Shown piece by piece: positions 49,938-58,932 of a stretch of 64,000 nt of DNA; the first letter of the stretch is position 1; the number at the start of each line of letters is the position of its first letter. The notes beneath the pieces are model-generated. The model did not search any database. It had not been told where the DNA came from and saw only the letters and a program-made list of their open reading frames with translations. This stretch comes from an uncultured Bacteroidales bacterium. Lineage in GTDB: Bacteria > Bacteroidota > Bacteroidia > Bacteroidales > UBA932. The stretch spans positions 54,391 through 118,390 of the forward strand of contig CALZOR010000001.1 of NCBI GenBank assembly GCA_945827785.1, read 5' to 3'. The position numbers and the translations under genes are program-made.

Positions 49938-50798
49938 CTACAGACAAAGGGAGGCGATGCGTCTGAGGGAGGCGGAGTCGCCGCTGGCATCGATGAGAAT
50001 CGGGGTTTTCGGGTCGGCCAGGGGAATCTGCTCCTGGTTCATCACGTCCACAAGATGCTTTACGACGGCCGGGGCGGGATTGATTACCTGGACATCACGA
50101 CCGGGTACGAGGCGCCTTGCAACGCGCCTGATGGTATCTATCAGGAAGGGGTAATGAGTGCAGCCGAGCACAATCGTATCTGCGCCCTCGTCAAGAAGAG
50201 GCTTGAGGCTGTGCTCCACAATGCGCTCAGCATCAGGAGAATCCAAGTTCCACGCCTCGACAAGCTCCACAAATCCCTCTCCCACATGTTCCACGACTTT
50301 CGCATCACCCTTGTACAGATCTTTCATCTGATGGTATTTCTGTCCGCGAAGGGTACCGGCCGTGGCAAGAACGCCGATGACACCGGTCTTCGTGGCGCTC
50401 ACCGCAGGCTTCACCGCAGGCTCCATGCCTATGAATCTGACATGGTCCATGCGTCCGTCCGTCAGTGAAAGCACTCTTTCGCGCACCCGGGAATCGGACC
50501 TGTCCGAATACTTCGCCCGAAGATCCGCGATGGCGGCAGCTGTTGCCGTATTGCAGGCAACTACGATTATGTCAACTCCCCGCATCCCTTCCGGGCAGTT
50601 TTCCGCGTCTGCAGGAACTCCGCGCAACATCATCTCCGTGATTGACTCTGCCCTCTGCACGATTTCGCCGCGCTCCCTCGGGCCATAAGGACACCAGGCC
50701 GTGTCTCCATAATACCACACGCCGGCCCCGGGAAGCGCCTTGCGCACCTCCCTGAAGACGGACAGACCGCCTGCACCCGAGTCAAATATTCCTATCAT
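49938..50798 (-). CDS. murI: Glutamate racemase
   Basis: IGIFDSGAGGLSV, PYG, ACNTA, LGCTHY. Confidence 0.92.
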   Translation of the reverse strand: MIGIFDSGAGGLSVFREVRKALPGAGVWYYGDTAWCPYGPRERGEIVQRAESITEMMLRGVPADAENCPEGMRGVDIIVVACNTATAAAIADLRAKYSDRSDSRVRERVLSLTDGRMDHVRFIGMEPAVKPAVSATKTGVIGVLATAGTLRGQKYHQMKDLYKGDAKVVEHVGEGFVELVEAWNLDSPDAERIVEHSLKPLLDEGADTIVLGCTHYPFLIDTIRRVARRLVPGRDVQVINPAPAVVKHLVDVMNQEQIPLADPKTPILIDASGDSASLRRIASLCL

Positions 50799-50958
50799 CA
50801 GAAATGAAATTTTCTAAAAAATGGAACTGAAACAGAAAAATCAGTTACAAATATACTTTTATTTTCTGAAATGACATTCCAAATTTATTTTTGATTAAAT
50901 TTGCAAGATTGAACTTTCAGCGCCGGAAAGGACGGGCTGAATATTATTCAGAACAAAT

Positions 50959-52074
50959 ATGATAACAACAGAGCAGATAAAGGAATTGCAGCAGAGGGTT
51001 CAAATCCTCGGGAAATGCATCAACGTGGAGCAGAAAAGGAATGAGGTTGCTCAGAAACAGGAAAGAACGCTTGCGCCTGATTTCTGGGATGACCCGAAGA
51101 AGGCGGAGGCATTCCTGAAGGAACTGGCCGGAGTGAAATTCTGGGTGAACGGATATGACAAGGTCGCCTCGGCGGCAGAAGACCTGAACGTGCTCTATGA
51201 CTTTGCAAAAGACAGCCTTGAAGGCTCAGCAGAAGACGCTGAAACAGACGAAGTTAAAGAACTGGATAAAGCATATTCCCAGACTCTTGGAGAACTTGAA
51301 GCCCTTGAGCTTCGCAATATGCTCGGAGAGGAAGGAGACAACCTCGGAGCAGTGCTTACAATCAACTCCGGAGCCGGCGGCACCGAGGCAAACGACTGGT
51401 CTGCAATGCTCATGAGAATGTATATGCGCTGGGGCGAGAGAAACGGCTACAAGGTCACCGTCACGGACGAACTCGAAGGCGAGGATGCCGGAATCAAGTC
51501 CGCGACAATTCAGTTCGAAGGGGACTATGCCTTCGGCTACCTCAAGGCAGAAAGCGGAGTGCACCGCCTTGTGAGGATTTCCCCTTTCAATGCCCAAGGA
51601 AAACGCCAGACCACCTTCTCCTCAGTCTTTGTATATCCTCTGGTCGATGACACAATAGAGATAGAAATCAATCCGGCCGACCTCGAATGGGACACCTACA
51701 GGAGCAGCGGCGCAGGCGGACAGAATGTGAACAAAGTGGAAACCGGAGTCCGCGTACGCCACATCCCGAGCGGCATCGTGGTCGAGAACACCGAGACCCG
51801 TTCCCAGCTCGACAACCGAAACAACGCCCTGCGCATCCTCAAATCCCGCCTCTATGACATCGAGCTCAAGAAACGTCAGGAAAAGCAGGCGGAACTCGAA
51901 GGACAGAAGAAAAAGATTGAGTGGGGCTCACAAATCAGAAGTTATGTGCTGCATCCTTACAAGATGGTCAAGGACCTGAGAACAGGTCATGAAACCTCTG
52001 ATACCCAGGCAGTTCTTGACGGAGACCTGAACGACTTCATGAAAGTCTTCCTCATGGGCGGCAGCAAGGAATAA
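50959..52074 (+). CDS. prfB: Peptide chain release factor 2 (continuous frame)
   Basis: GVHRLVRISPF (SPF), GAGGQ, WGSQIRSY; promoter TAAATTTG at 50896-50903. Confidence 0.96.
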   Translation: MITTEQIKELQQRVQILGKCINVEQKRNEVAQKQERTLAPDFWDDPKKAEAFLKELAGVKFWVNGYDKVASAAEDLNVLYDFAKDSLEGSAEDAETDEVKELDKAYSQTLGELEALELRNMLGEEGDNLGAVLTINSGAGGTEANDWSAMLMRMYMRWGERNGYKVTVTDELEGEDAGIKSATIQFEGDYAFGYLKAESGVHRLVRISPFNAQGKRQTTFSSVFVYPLVDDTIEIEINPADLEWDTYRSSGAGGQNVNKVETGVRVRHIPSGIVVENTETRSQLDNRNNALRILKSRLYDIELKKRQEKQAELEGQKKKIEWGSQIRSYVLHPYKMVKDLRTGHETSDTQAVLDGDLNDFMKVFLMGGSKE

Positions 52075-52166
52075 GAACAAAAATACCAAAAACATAATAC
52101 AATATGGAATTCAAAGATGGAATACCCATTTTGATACACATCCGCCACGCATAAGGGGCAAAATTT

Positions 52167-52192
52167 AAGCATCTCAAAACGAGATGCTTTTT
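52167..52192 (+). terminator. Intrinsic terminator after prfB
   Basis: AAGCATCTC-AAAAC-GAGATGCTT stem followed by a short T run. Confidence 0.65.
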
Positions 52193-52198
52193 CTGTAT

Positions 52199-52248
52199 AA
52201 AAAACCAAACCCGATAGCTTGACAAATCAGGGGCTACCGGGACTAAAC
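52199..52248 (-). ncRNA. Candidate small RNA associated with the Abi/HEPN gene (putative antitoxin)
   Basis: Own promoter immediately upstream; stem CCCGGUAGC/GCUAUCGGG, then U6. Confidence 0.6.
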
Positions 52249-52252
52249 ACTG

Positions 52253-52284
52253 CAAATGTATGTTGTTTTTTAATAACGAACAAA
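52253..52284 (-). promoter_or_regulatory. Bacteroidetes sigma-70 promoter downstream of the Abi gene
   Basis: TTTG (52284-52281), 20-nt spacer, TACATTTG (52260-52253). Confidence 0.72.
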
Positions 52285-52299
52285 TTTTTGCCAGTATTT

Positions 52300-52998
52300 T
52301 TATTTAATCAACGCATCTATTTGATTACATGCGTTATCAATGTGCCCTAATCCATACAAAAGTGATGCCCCATCAATGTCCATCCACCTGAAGAGTTCCA
52401 TTATTCTATTGTATCTGTTCTGTATGTATTTCGTATCTATGCTGACAGGATTTTTACTGAAGCAGATGGGCTCGTGGTGCGCGATGCGATTCCTCAGTTT
52501 ATTGATATAATCCAATTCGCCAAACACATAAGTGTTGTCAAGTCTCTGATTCTGAGTGGATTTGGGCTTATTGGGGAAAATCCTCATCAATTTTCTACCA
52601 GACAGACGGTACTGGACATTGGAAAACATATACTTCCATACTCCGAATTCCATTTCAGAAAGAAGCTTGGAATTTGAGTAGGTCCCATTCTTTACGAGAC
52701 CATTATATGCATTCTCGATAATCTTCCTGGTCTTTTCTAGTCTTCGATCATTATACCATGCTCCACCAGGGAGAATCAGGTCTCTGAGCCAGTCGTTGCC
52801 AAGATGCGCTTTCATTACAGCATCAATTCTGTTTCTAAGAGCCACCTCAAAACAACTAACTACGACAAACATTTCCTGTGACAGGCGCAGATTATAACGA
52901 TATAATGTCATTGCTTTCACTGTATTCCCTCCACACGCGACATTGTATTTTCTCATTCGCTCCGGAGATATGATGTTTTCAAAATCTTTGTACTTCAT
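52300..52998 (-). CDS. Abi_2 (AbiD/AbiF-like) HEPN RNase
   Basis: LYRYN...FEVALRN N-terminal motif, EFGVW, HEPN RX4H motif LRNRIAHHEPI. Confidence 0.85.
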   Translation of the reverse strand: MKYKDFENIISPERMRKYNVACGGNTVKAMTLYRYNLRLSQEMFVVVSCFEVALRNRIDAVMKAHLGNDWLRDLILPGGAWYNDRRLEKTRKIIENAYNGLVKNGTYSNSKLLSEMEFGVWKYMFSNVQYRLSGRKLMRIFPNKPKSTQNQRLDNTYVFGELDYINKLRNRIAHHEPICFSKNPVSIDTKYIQNRYNRIMELFRWMDIDGASLLYGLGHIDNACNQIDALIK

Positions 52999-53020
52999 AT
53001 CCTGTAATCTTTCTTCAAGA

Positions 53021-53094
53021 CAAAGATACTGCTTTTCTTTCCAGTTACAATACCCCTGTGAGTGTTGTCAGTAATCGAAAAATGCTTAACTTTG
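53021..53094. promoter_or_regulatory. Divergent promoters for the Abi gene (-) and the lipoprotein leader (+)
   Basis: TATCTTTG (-) at 53021-53028; TAACTTTG (+) at 53087-53094. Confidence 0.68.
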
Positions 53095-53096
53095 TC

Positions 53097-53392
53097 ATGT
53101 CAGGCGGCGTAAGCCGTTGACATTACATATTTGTGAAAGTGTTTTTCGCAAGTCCTTTAATGAAAATGTGGAAGTTTTCTTTGTTAGAAGGATGATACGA
53201 AACAACACTCACTTTCGTATAGATACCTGTGGACGGGCACATTCTGCGTGCCCCGATATCCCATATCTATCCGAGTGTGGGGTATTGTGTCGTTTATTTC
53301 TAACAGGGTCTTTCCACAACCTTCATTAAGATAAACGAAAGTCAGCTCCACACTTTCTTTGTATATGAGCCTTAAACAGTCTGTTGGAGTTG
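53097..53392 (+). ncRNA. Structured 5' leader (candidate cis-regulatory RNA)
   Basis: GTAA-capped hairpin 53097-53123, hairpin 53131-53151, long nested stem 53157-53329, stem 53343-53350/53385-53392. Confidence 0.6.
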
Positions 53393-53427
53393 CAGATACT
53401 TGTTGAATACCAATAAATTCTATAAGT

Positions 53428-55194
53428 ATGAAGACAAAAATCCACTATTTTAGCAGGATACTGAGTGTATTGCTGCTGTGTGCGGGAATGGTGATAACCT
53501 CCTGCGCGGAAGGCCCGCTTGAGAATGATGAGAAGACAGAGCAGGGTGGCAATGAAAACAACGGTCCTGCTACCTTGACTCTTGGTAAGGTGACAGCAAC
53601 GACTGCCACATTCACTGGCCATTTTGATGTTCCTGCTTCTGACCTGTCTTTCTCGCAGGTGACAGTTTACTATTCAGATGCCGAAACTTTCAATATGAAT
53701 GCGGCAGAAAGCGTTTCAGCTACTTCATTCGACGGCGAACAGAACTTTACCATCACTCTGACTGGTCTGAAATATGGCACTAAGTACAACTATTGTATGG
53801 TTGCAGAAGTTAAATCCGAAAAGACCTATGGTGATGTTCTTGATTTTACCACTGGTGATGTAACTCTTTCTGAGTTGTCAGTTGTTCCAAGCAGTTTCAA
53901 GGCGGAAGTCAGCGGCTCAGTTGCTGGTTTGTCAGTGGAAGACAAGGAGTATATAAAGATTGGTATCCTTTATTCTTCAGAATCTGGAAAGGTAGAGAAT
54001 GGTGAAGGAAAGAAGGTTGAAACAGCAGAAATTTCGTCAGAAGACGCATTCTCAATACAGCTTTCTGACCTCACGTTAGAGACTAAGTATTACTATTGCG
54101 GCTATATGCGTCGAGGAGATTCTTACACTTATGGAGCCCCTTCTGAATTTACTACACTGAAGCACCCATACGGACTCACTTACGATTTGAATGTTTCATC
54201 TGCAACTGATTTATCTTCATCCGCCTCTGCAAACTGTTATATCATATCAGAAGCAGGCCTGTATAAATTCAAACCGGTAAAGGGAAACAGCAACGAGTCG
54301 GTGGGTAATATTGCTTCCGCTTCGATCCTTTGGGAGACCTTCGGAACTGATACTGCTCCAACCCCGTCAGACCTGATTAGTGGATTCTGCTACAAGGATG
54401 GTTACATCGCCTTCCAAACAGCGGATACCTTCAAGGAGGGCAATGCCGTCATTGCCGCTAAGGATGCCTCCGGTAAAATCCTTTGGTCTTGGCATATATG
54501 GCATACCGACCAGCCACAGTCGCATGTCTATAATAACAACGCCGGCACCATGATGGACCGCAACCTCGGTGCTACTTCTGCAACAAAGGGAGATGTCGGA
54601 GCATTGGGATTGCTTTATCAGTGGGGTAGAAAGGACCCGTTCCTTGGTTCATCAAGTATCAGCAGTTCTACTCTCGCCAAGTCCACCATCACTTGGCCAT
54701 CTGCAGTAGAATCAAATTCATCGAATGGTACTATAGAATACGCTACTGCCCACCCTACCACATTTATTGCTTGGAATACTAGTAATGGCGATTGGTATTA
54801 CACCGGTTCATCTTCAACCGACAACACCCGTTGGACCACCTCATCAAGCGATAAGTCAATTTACGACCCATGTCCAGCCGGTTGGCGTGTTCCCGAAGGC
54901 GGAGACAATGGTATATGGTCAAAGGCAGGATTTGATGAAACTACATACGATAGTACAAATAGAGGAATGTCGTTCAGCATATCATCTCCTTCAACAACAT
55001 GGTACCCTGCTTCGGGTTATCGCAACCGCAACGCTGGCAGTCTCAGCAGTGTCGGTAACTGCGGCAACTATTGGTCTGCCTCTCCTGGCAGCAACTACGC
55101 GTACTGCCTGTACTTCGACTACGATGGCTACGTCAGTCCGTCTAGCGACTACTATCGCGCGAGCGGCTACTCAGTCCGCTGTCTCCAAGAATAA
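53428..55194 (+). CDS. Surface lipoprotein with two Fn3-like repeats and a pilin-tip/CLec-like C-terminus; probable DGR target
   Basis: Lipobox ITSC; SANCYI, GNAVIA..ILWSWHIW, MDRNLGA, YQWGRKDP, DPCPAGWRVP, YWSAS...SVRC. Confidence 0.78.
   Translation: MKTKIHYFSRILSVLLLCAGMVITSCAEGPLENDEKTEQGGNENNGPATLTLGKVTATTATFTGHFDVPASDLSFSQVTVYYSDAETFNMNAAESVSATSFDGEQNFTITLTGLKYGTKYNYCMVAEVKSEKTYGDVLDFTTGDVTLSELSVVPSSFKAEVSGSVAGLSVEDKEYIKIGILYSSESGKVENGEGKKVETAEISSEDAFSIQLSDLTLETKYYYCGYMRRGDSYTYGAPSEFTTLKHPYGLTYDLNVSSATDLSSSASANCYIISEAGLYKFKPVKGNSNESVGNIASASILWETFGTDTAPTPSDLISGFCYKDGYIAFQTADTFKEGNAVIAAKDASGKILWSWHIWHTDQPQSHVYNNNAGTMMDRNLGATSATKGDVGALGLLYQWGRKDPFLGSSSISSSTLAKSTITWPSAVESNSSNGTIEYATAHPTTFIAWNTSNGDWYYTGSSSTDNTRWTTSSSDKSIYDPCPAGWRVPEGGDNGIWSKAGFDETTYDSTNRGMSFSISSPSTTWYPASGYRNRNAGSLSSVGNCGNYWSASPGSNYAYCLYFDYDGYVSPSSDYYRASGYSVRCLQE
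55012..55194 (+). other. Putative DGR variable region (VR)
   Basis: 53 consecutive codons (55012-55170) with no A at position 3, rich in AAC and its NNC/NNT derivatives. Confidence 0.65.
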
Positions 55195-55215
55195 TCATCT
55201 TTTAATTGTAAGATT

Positions 55216-55635
55216 ATGCATAAAATAATGATCACAAGGCAAGAGTTTAGCAAAGTGATAGATGCTTGTAATGAATACAATGCCAAGAAAAGAAATCCTC
55301 GCTCCTGTTGCGGAGATAGGATAGGGCGCCCGAATGAAACTGTTTGGTGTCCGACTGAAGGTCATCCAATGTGGGGAAATGAGATATGTAACGGGGGAAA
55401 CTTGATTAAGGAGCATAGCACTAAAAGCGGAAAGGAACGGTCGAGACATGTGGAACAGATCCTCAAAAAATATAGCGATGAGACACGTATCACATTCATC
55501 AAAAGGAAGGGGTCAAGCAAGTATCAGTTTATCGGTGTATATAAATTGGATGATGATAAAACTAATAATTCGCTGGAAACTAACGCTCCGACTTGTCATT
55601 GGGTAAGACAACCTGACTTATATGATGTGGAGTAA
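55216..55635 (+). CDS. Hypothetical protein, possible stand-alone SRA-like domain
   Basis: AT-rich ORF; VWCP..WGNEI..G.LIKE...RITF..YQFIGVYKL pattern. Confidence 0.5.
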   Translation: MHKIMITRQEFSKVIDACNEYNAKKRNPRSCCGDRIGRPNETVWCPTEGHPMWGNEICNGGNLIKEHSTKSGKERSRHVEQILKKYSDETRITFIKRKGSSKYQFIGVYKLDDDKTNNSLETNAPTCHWVRQPDLYDVE

Positions 55636-55652
55636 CATATCTGTATATATTG

Positions 55653-55683
55653 AAAAGAGAAGTCATCACGGCTTCTCTTTTTT
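55653..55683 (+). terminator. Intrinsic, possibly bidirectional terminator
   Basis: AAAAGAGAAGTC-ATCAC-GGCTTCTCTTTTTT. Confidence 0.72.
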
Positions 55684-55827
55684 GATGCGCTTAAAGCGGA
55701 GTCTCGTTTATATTTGCTATATTTGTGCGATGTTGCGAGATGTCTCGACTTCCTGCGGTCGCTCGACATGACAGAAGAGGGATTCTCGACATGACAACAA
55801 CGAAAATATAAACCAAACATATACAAA

Positions 55828-57453
55828 ATGGCAGATTTCAAATATGCACCAATGTTTCAGCTTGGACAGGACCAGACTGAATACTACAAGATTCCGGGTT
55901 CGGAGAAACTCGTTTCAACTGCTGAATTCGAAGGCAAGAAAATCCTCAAGGTGACCCCTGAGGCTCTTACCCTCATGACCAACACGGCTTTCAGAGATGT
56001 AAGTTTCCTTCTTCGCCGCAGCCACAATGAACAGGTTGCGAAGATTCTTTCAGACCCGGAGGCTTCTGCAAATGACAAATATGTTGCTCTCACCTTCCTG
56101 CGTAATGCAGAGGTTGCTGCAAAAGGCAAACTCCCTCTCTGTCAGGACACAGGTACTGCAATCGTCCATGGAGAAAAAGGCCAGCGCGTATGGACAGACT
56201 TCGAGGACGAAGAGGCAATCTCACTCGGAGTTTACAAAACATACACTGAGGAGAACCTCCGTTACAGCCAGAACGCTCCGCTTGACATGTACAATGAGGT
56301 CAACACAAAATGCAACCTCCCTGCACAGATCGACATCGAGGCAGTGCAAGGTGATGAATATCACTTCCTTATGGTGACAAAAGGCGGTGGATCCGCAAAC
56401 AAGAGCTACCTCTACCAGGAGACCAAGGCACGTATCCAGAACCCAGGCACCCTCATTCCTTTCCTTGTTGAAAAGATGAAGAGCCTCGGAACTGCAGCCT
56501 GCCCTCCATACCATATCGCATTCGTAATCGGAGGAACTTCAGCCGAGAAGAACCTTCTCACCGTGAAGCTCGCATCAACCCACTACTATGACACCCTCCC
56601 AACGACAGGGGACGAGACAGGACGCGCATTCCGCGACATAGAGCTTGAGAATCAGCTGCTTGAGGAGTCTCACAAGATTGGTCTCGGCGCTCAGTTCGGC
56701 GGAAAATACATGGCTCACGACATCCGCGTCATCCGTCTTCCACGCCACGGCGCAAGCTGCCCTATAGGACTGGGAGTAAGCTGCTCGGCAGACCGCAACA
56801 TCAAGGCAAAGATCAATGCTGACGGTATCTGGATTGAGAAAATGGACGACAAGCCTTATGAGCTCATCCCTGAAGAACTCCGCGCTGCAGGCGAAGGCGA
56901 TGCAGTCAAGATCGACCTCGACCGCCCTATGGCAGAGGTTTGTGCAGAGCTTTCTAAATATCCTGTAAGCACACGCCTCAGCCTCAACGGAACCATCATC
57001 GTAGGCCGCGACATCGCCCACGCAAAGATCAAGGCACGCCTTGACGCAGGCGAGCCGATGCCTCAGTATCTGAAAGACCACCCTATCTACTATGCAGGCC
57101 CTGCCAAGACTCCGGAAGGAATGCCTTGCGGATCGATGGGACCTACAACGGCAGGCCGCATGGACCCTTATGTTGATGAATTCCAGGATCACGGCGGCAG
57201 CATGATCATGCTTGCCAAAGGTAACCGCAGCCAGGCTGTGACCGATGCCTGCAAGAAGCATGGCGGTTTCTACCTCGGCTCAATCGGAGGTCCTGCTGCA
57301 ATCCTTGCTCAGAACAACATCAAGAGCATCGAGTGCGTCGAGTACCCTGAACTCGGAATGGAGGCAATCTGGAAAATCCGCGTAGAGGACTTCCCTGCAT
57401 TCATCCTCGTTGACGACAAAGGCAACGATTTCTTCAAGAAAATCGGCCTGTAA
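55828..57453 (+). CDS. Class I (Fe-S) fumarate hydratase, FumA/FumB type
   Basis: [45 protein letters not shown]. Confidence 0.95.
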   Translation: MADFKYAPMFQLGQDQTEYYKIPGSEKLVSTAEFEGKKILKVTPEALTLMTNTAFRDVSFLLRRSHNEQVAKILSDPEASANDKYVALTFLRNAEVAAKGKLPLCQDTGTAIVHGEKGQRVWTDFEDEEAISLGVYKTYTEENLRYSQNAPLDMYNEVNTKCNLPAQIDIEAVQGDEYHFLMVTKGGGSANKSYLYQETKARIQNPGTLIPFLVEKMKSLGTAACPPYHIAFVIGGTSAEKNLLTVKLASTHYYDTLPTTGDETGRAFRDIELENQLLEESHKIGLGAQFGGKYMAHDIRVIRLPRHGASCPIGLGVSCSADRNIKAKINADGIWIEKMDDKPYELIPEELRAAGEGDAVKIDLDRPMAEVCAELSKYPVSTRLSLNGTIIVGRDIAHAKIKARLDAGEPMPQYLKDHPIYYAGPAKTPEGMPCGSMGPTTAGRMDPYVDEFQDHGGSMIMLAKGNRSQAVTDACKKHGGFYLGSIGGPAAILAQNNIKSIECVEYPELGMEAIWKIRVEDFPAFILVDDKGNDFFKKIGL

Positions 57454-57467
57454 TTCTTCCACGGAAC

Positions 57468-58919
57468 GTGAAAGAAAAATTGATACAATTGTTTGAACGG
57501 TTGCTGGGCTCTGAACCTCAGACGGTAAGTCCGATCTGCGGCTCGGCCAGCAGCCGTCAATATTTCAGAATGACCGCCGAAGACGGCCACAGCATCATCG
57601 GTGTCGTGGGACAGGACCTGAAGGAAAACGCGGCCTTCATAGCCCTGGCAAGGCATTTTGCTTCCTGCGGACTTCCTGTGCCTGAGGTGCTTGCCGTTTC
57701 TGCAGACGGATCAGCCTACCTTCAGGAAGACCTCGGAGACCTCATCCTTGCAGACCTTGTGGCCCAGGCGCACAAAGAGGGCAGTTTCGCTCCGCTCCTG
57801 CCCCTTCTGGTCTCTACGATTGAACTGCTTGCAAAGTTCCAGTTCGAGGGTGGCAGTACCCTGGACTACAGCCTCTGCTATCCACAAAGTTGCTTTGACC
57901 GTCGGATGGTTGACTTCGACCTGAACTATTTCAAATACTGTTTTCTGAAACCTTCCTCTCTTGAATTCGATGAGATTGCCCTACAAAACGACTACGAAAG
58001 CCTTGCCTTGGACATTCTCGCCTGCGCGGACAGTGGCAATACCTTCCTGAGCCGGGATTTCCAGTCCCGCAATGTCATGATCCGCGATGGAAAGCCGTAT
58101 TTCATTGATTTCCAGAGCGGAAGGCGTGGTCCCATCCACTATGACCTCGTTTCCTTCGTCTATCAGGTCCGGGCCGCCTATCCTCAGCAGGTGAAGGATG
58201 CCCTTGTGGATGCCTACATTGGTGCCGTGAAGGGCTATCTTCCTGATTTTGATCAGGATAAGTTCATGCAGGAGCTTATGCTCTTCCGTCTTTTCAGGAT
58301 GCTTCAGGTGCTGGGGGCCTACGGTTTCCGGGGACTTGTCGAGCACAAGGCAAAATTCGTGACCAGCATTGTGCCGGCACTTAAGGATCTGAAGCAGCTG
58401 CTTCATTGTCCGGGAAGCGAGGTATTTGCCCGTTATCCATACCTATGCGGAGTGCTTGAATCCCTCTGCGACCTTCCGAGATTTGCCGCCGACTCCCCTG
58501 CCGACGGTCGTCTTGAGGTCAAGGTCTATAGTTTTTCCTATAAGAAAGGTATCCCGGAAGATTTGACCGGGAATGGCGGAGGATATGTATTTGATTGCAG
58601 GTCAATACATAATCCGGGTAGATATGAAGAGTACAAGAAACTCACGGGCCTGGATGATCCTGTCATAAGGTTCCTCGAAGAAGATGGGGAGGTTCTGGAA
58701 TATCTGGATCATGTCTATGGTGTAGTCGATCCCCATGTGAGGACATATCTGAGACGTGGCTTCACGAATCTGAGCATAAGTTTCGGCTGTACAGGAGGCC
58801 AGCACCGTTCGGTCTATTGTGCCGAACACACAGCTCGCCATCTTGCGGCCGCTTTCCCTGATGCCCGCATCCGCCTCATCCACCGCGAACGCGGCAGCGA
58901 AACCATTTTTAATGAATAG
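57468..58919 (+). CDS. APH-family anomeric MurNAc/GlcNAc kinase (AmgK-like) fused to a RapZ C-terminal domain
   Basis: GTG start; SRQYFR, RDFQSRNVM, IDFQ, YDLVS; C-terminal SFSYKKGIP, FDCR..NP, GCTGGQHRSV. Confidence 0.8.
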   Translation: MKEKLIQLFERLLGSEPQTVSPICGSASSRQYFRMTAEDGHSIIGVVGQDLKENAAFIALARHFASCGLPVPEVLAVSADGSAYLQEDLGDLILADLVAQAHKEGSFAPLLPLLVSTIELLAKFQFEGGSTLDYSLCYPQSCFDRRMVDFDLNYFKYCFLKPSSLEFDEIALQNDYESLALDILACADSGNTFLSRDFQSRNVMIRDGKPYFIDFQSGRRGPIHYDLVSFVYQVRAAYPQQVKDALVDAYIGAVKGYLPDFDQDKFMQELMLFRLFRMLQVLGAYGFRGLVEHKAKFVTSIVPALKDLKQLLHCPGSEVFARYPYLCGVLESLCDLPRFAADSPADGRLEVKVYSFSYKKGIPEDLTGNGGGYVFDCRSIHNPGRYEEYKKLTGLDDPVIRFLEEDGEVLEYLDHVYGVVDPHVRTYLRRGFTNLSISFGCTGGQHRSVYCAEHTARHLAAAFPDARIRLIHRERGSETIFNE

Positions 58920-58932
58920 CTTCCAAAAAGAC

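Noticed and set aside
52075-55830. Complete DGR cassette (TR, RT, Avd) in the window
   Set aside because: No second copy of the variable region and no reverse-transcriptase ORF were found.
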